The notes below the pieces were generated by a model, which saw only the letters and a program-made list of their open reading frames with translations, was not told the origin of the DNA and did not search any database. 37,651 nt of DNA from a virus (lineage: Duplodnaviria > Caudoviricetes): the IMG/VR virus record IMGVR_UViG_3300020352_000013, positions 1 through 37,651 of that record; one strand, given 5' to 3'. Shown piece by piece: positions 36,472-37,651 of this stretch. Position 1 is the first letter of the stretch. Every line of letters starts with the position of its first letter. The position numbers were made by a program, and so were the translations under genes.

Positions 36472-37098
36472 ATGGCGATAAAATCGAGACAGAGAGAAGA
36501 AGCAATAACGACATCAGTAGGAACTGCACAGTACCCTTGGGTTAACACTCCGAGTACAAAGTTCGTACCTGAAGGAGAGTATAGCTGTGGTATAATACTA
36601 ACTAAACAAGAAGGTGAATCTATTATTAAAAAGATACAACCTATCCTTGAGAAGAAACAACAAGAGCAAGCAGAAGAGTCTGGCAAGAAGGTAAAGACAT
36701 ATGATTTACCTGTCCAATTAGAAGGAGATACTTATGTATTAAAAGCTAAGTTAAAACCAGTGAATGGTAAGCGTAAAGATGGTAGTGACTACACTAGATC
36801 ATTAGGTCTGTTCGATTCCAAAGGTAATCCTTGGGACAGAGAAGTGATCGTAAGAGGTGGATCAAAGGTACGCTTAAACGTACGCCCCAAACCTTGGTTC
36901 TCTCCTTTATTAGGGGTGGGTATAACACTAGAGTTATTAGGTGTTCAAGTGATAGAGTTAGCAGACGGAGAACTATCCACTCAAGCAGCAGAATCCTTTG
37001 GATTTACTGAGGTTGAGGGAGGATATGTTAACGGAGGTGAAACCCTAGACCAAGCCCTCGATGCCGAAGAAGAAGACGTTATCAAAGCAGACTTTTAG
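36472..37098 (+). CDS. gp2.5: Single-stranded DNA-binding protein
   Basis: G.A.YPWVNTP, FDSKG, GGSK, L.GVQVIEL, acidic tail ending in Phe. Confidence 0.92.
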   Translation: MAIKSRQREEAITTSVGTAQYPWVNTPSTKFVPEGEYSCGIILTKQEGESIIKKIQPILEKKQQEQAEESGKKVKTYDLPVQLEGDTYVLKAKLKPVNGKRKDGSDYTRSLGLFDSKGNPWDREVIVRGGSKVRLNVRPKPWFSPLLGVGITLELLGVQVIELADGELSTQAAESFGFTEVEGGYVNGGETLDQALDAEEEDVIKADF

Positions 37099-37555
37099 GT
37101 CTGGATTTGAAGAGAGAATTGCTTCACAACTAAAACGCTGTGGCATTGACTACACATATGAATCGTTAGTCATTGAATACAAGCGACTTAGTACTTACAC
37201 TCCTGACTTCATCCTCCCCAACGGAATCATTATTGAAACCAAGGGGAGGTGGGTCACGGAGGATAGGTCCAAGCATTTGTTAATCAAGGAACAACATCCT
37301 GACTTAGACATTAGGTTGTTATTTCAAAACGCACACAACAAGATACGCAAGGGAAGTAAGACTACCTATGCAATGTGGTGTGAAAAGAAAGGAATATTAT
37401 ATGCACATAAACAAGTACCAAAATCATGGCTTTCACTAGAACGCATCAGCAGTGTGCAAAGTGTGGATCGAGTGACGCTCTTGCAGTCAACGAAGACGGA
37501 AGCACAATGTGTTTCAGCTGTGCTACATACAGTCGAGGCAGACAACAAACTATGA
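37061..37555 (+). CDS. gp3: Endonuclease I (Holliday junction resolvase)
   Basis: FRSGFEE, YTPDFILPNGIIIETKG, HPDLDIR, TTYA.WC. Confidence 0.95.
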   Translation: MPKKKTLSKQTFRSGFEERIASQLKRCGIDYTYESLVIEYKRLSTYTPDFILPNGIIIETKGRWVTEDRSKHLLIKEQHPDLDIRLLFQNAHNKIRKGSKTTYAMWCEKKGILYAHKQVPKSWLSLERISSVQSVDRVTLLQSTKTEAQCVSAVLHTVEADNKL

Positions 37556-37651
37556 CACTACCAACAACCAACAAAGACACGTCATTTATACAAGGTAAAC
37601 CACAAGAAGTAGCGAGAAGGAACTTAACGAAGGAGACTTGTCAGAAGTGGG
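37426..37651 (+). CDS. gp4: Primase/helicase N-terminus, zinc-binding domain (3' truncated; not in ORF track)
   Basis: MAFTRTHQQCAKCGSSDALAVNEDGSTMCFSC...; CxxCGSSD..CFSC matches the T7 gp4 Zn ribbon; frame open to window end. Confidence 0.92.
   Translation, partial: MAFTRTHQQCAKCGSSDALAVNEDGSTMCFSCATYSRGRQQTMTLPTTNKDTSFIQGKPQEVARRNLTKETCQKW

Noticed and set aside
773-37548. All minus-strand ORFs in the track and nested alternative-frame plus-strand ORFs (e.g. 6732, 8540, 26841, 27069)
   Set aside because: They are shadows of well-supported genes with no recognisable motifs, and T7-like genomes are unidirectional.
37552-37554. Internal gp4B-like helicase-only start at Met43
   Set aside because: The position after the Zn ribbon is suggestive, but there is no SD and the gene is truncated, so it cannot be supported.
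1-37651. T7-consensus promoters, tRNAs, integrase/attP, stop-codon reassignment
   Set aside because: None seen by eye; genes are full length in the standard code and TAA, TAG and TGA all act as stops.

Overview
Near-complete, circularly permuted genome of a T7-like podovirus (Autographiviridae-type). All credible genes are on the + strand. The window starts and ends inside the primase/helicase gene, whose middle is missing. Gene order: DNA polymerase A, PD-(D/E)xK nuclease, 5'-3' exonuclease, DUF5664-like protein, portal, scaffold, capsid, tail tubular A/B, internal virion proteins, tail fibre, a large accessory fibre/LamG cluster, terminases, a mostly non-coding probable genome-end region (~30.1-31.2 kb), early genes, single-subunit RNA polymerase, SSB and endonuclease I. 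I recognise no integrase, ligase, tRNA or endolysin. Five features stand out. (1) The RNA polymerase has Phe at the T7 Tyr639 position. (2) Short motifs are shared across many small fibre-cluster proteins, suggesting a modular receptor-binding assembly with two duplicated LamG cassettes. (3) The gp16-like protein has an HExxH module bounded by a repeated 11-aa motif. (4) A u-spanin-like lipoprotein lies among the head genes. (5) The end region has two hairpins sharing an 18-mer and several IHF-consensus sites. All family calls are by eye from motifs and synteny; no database search was run.
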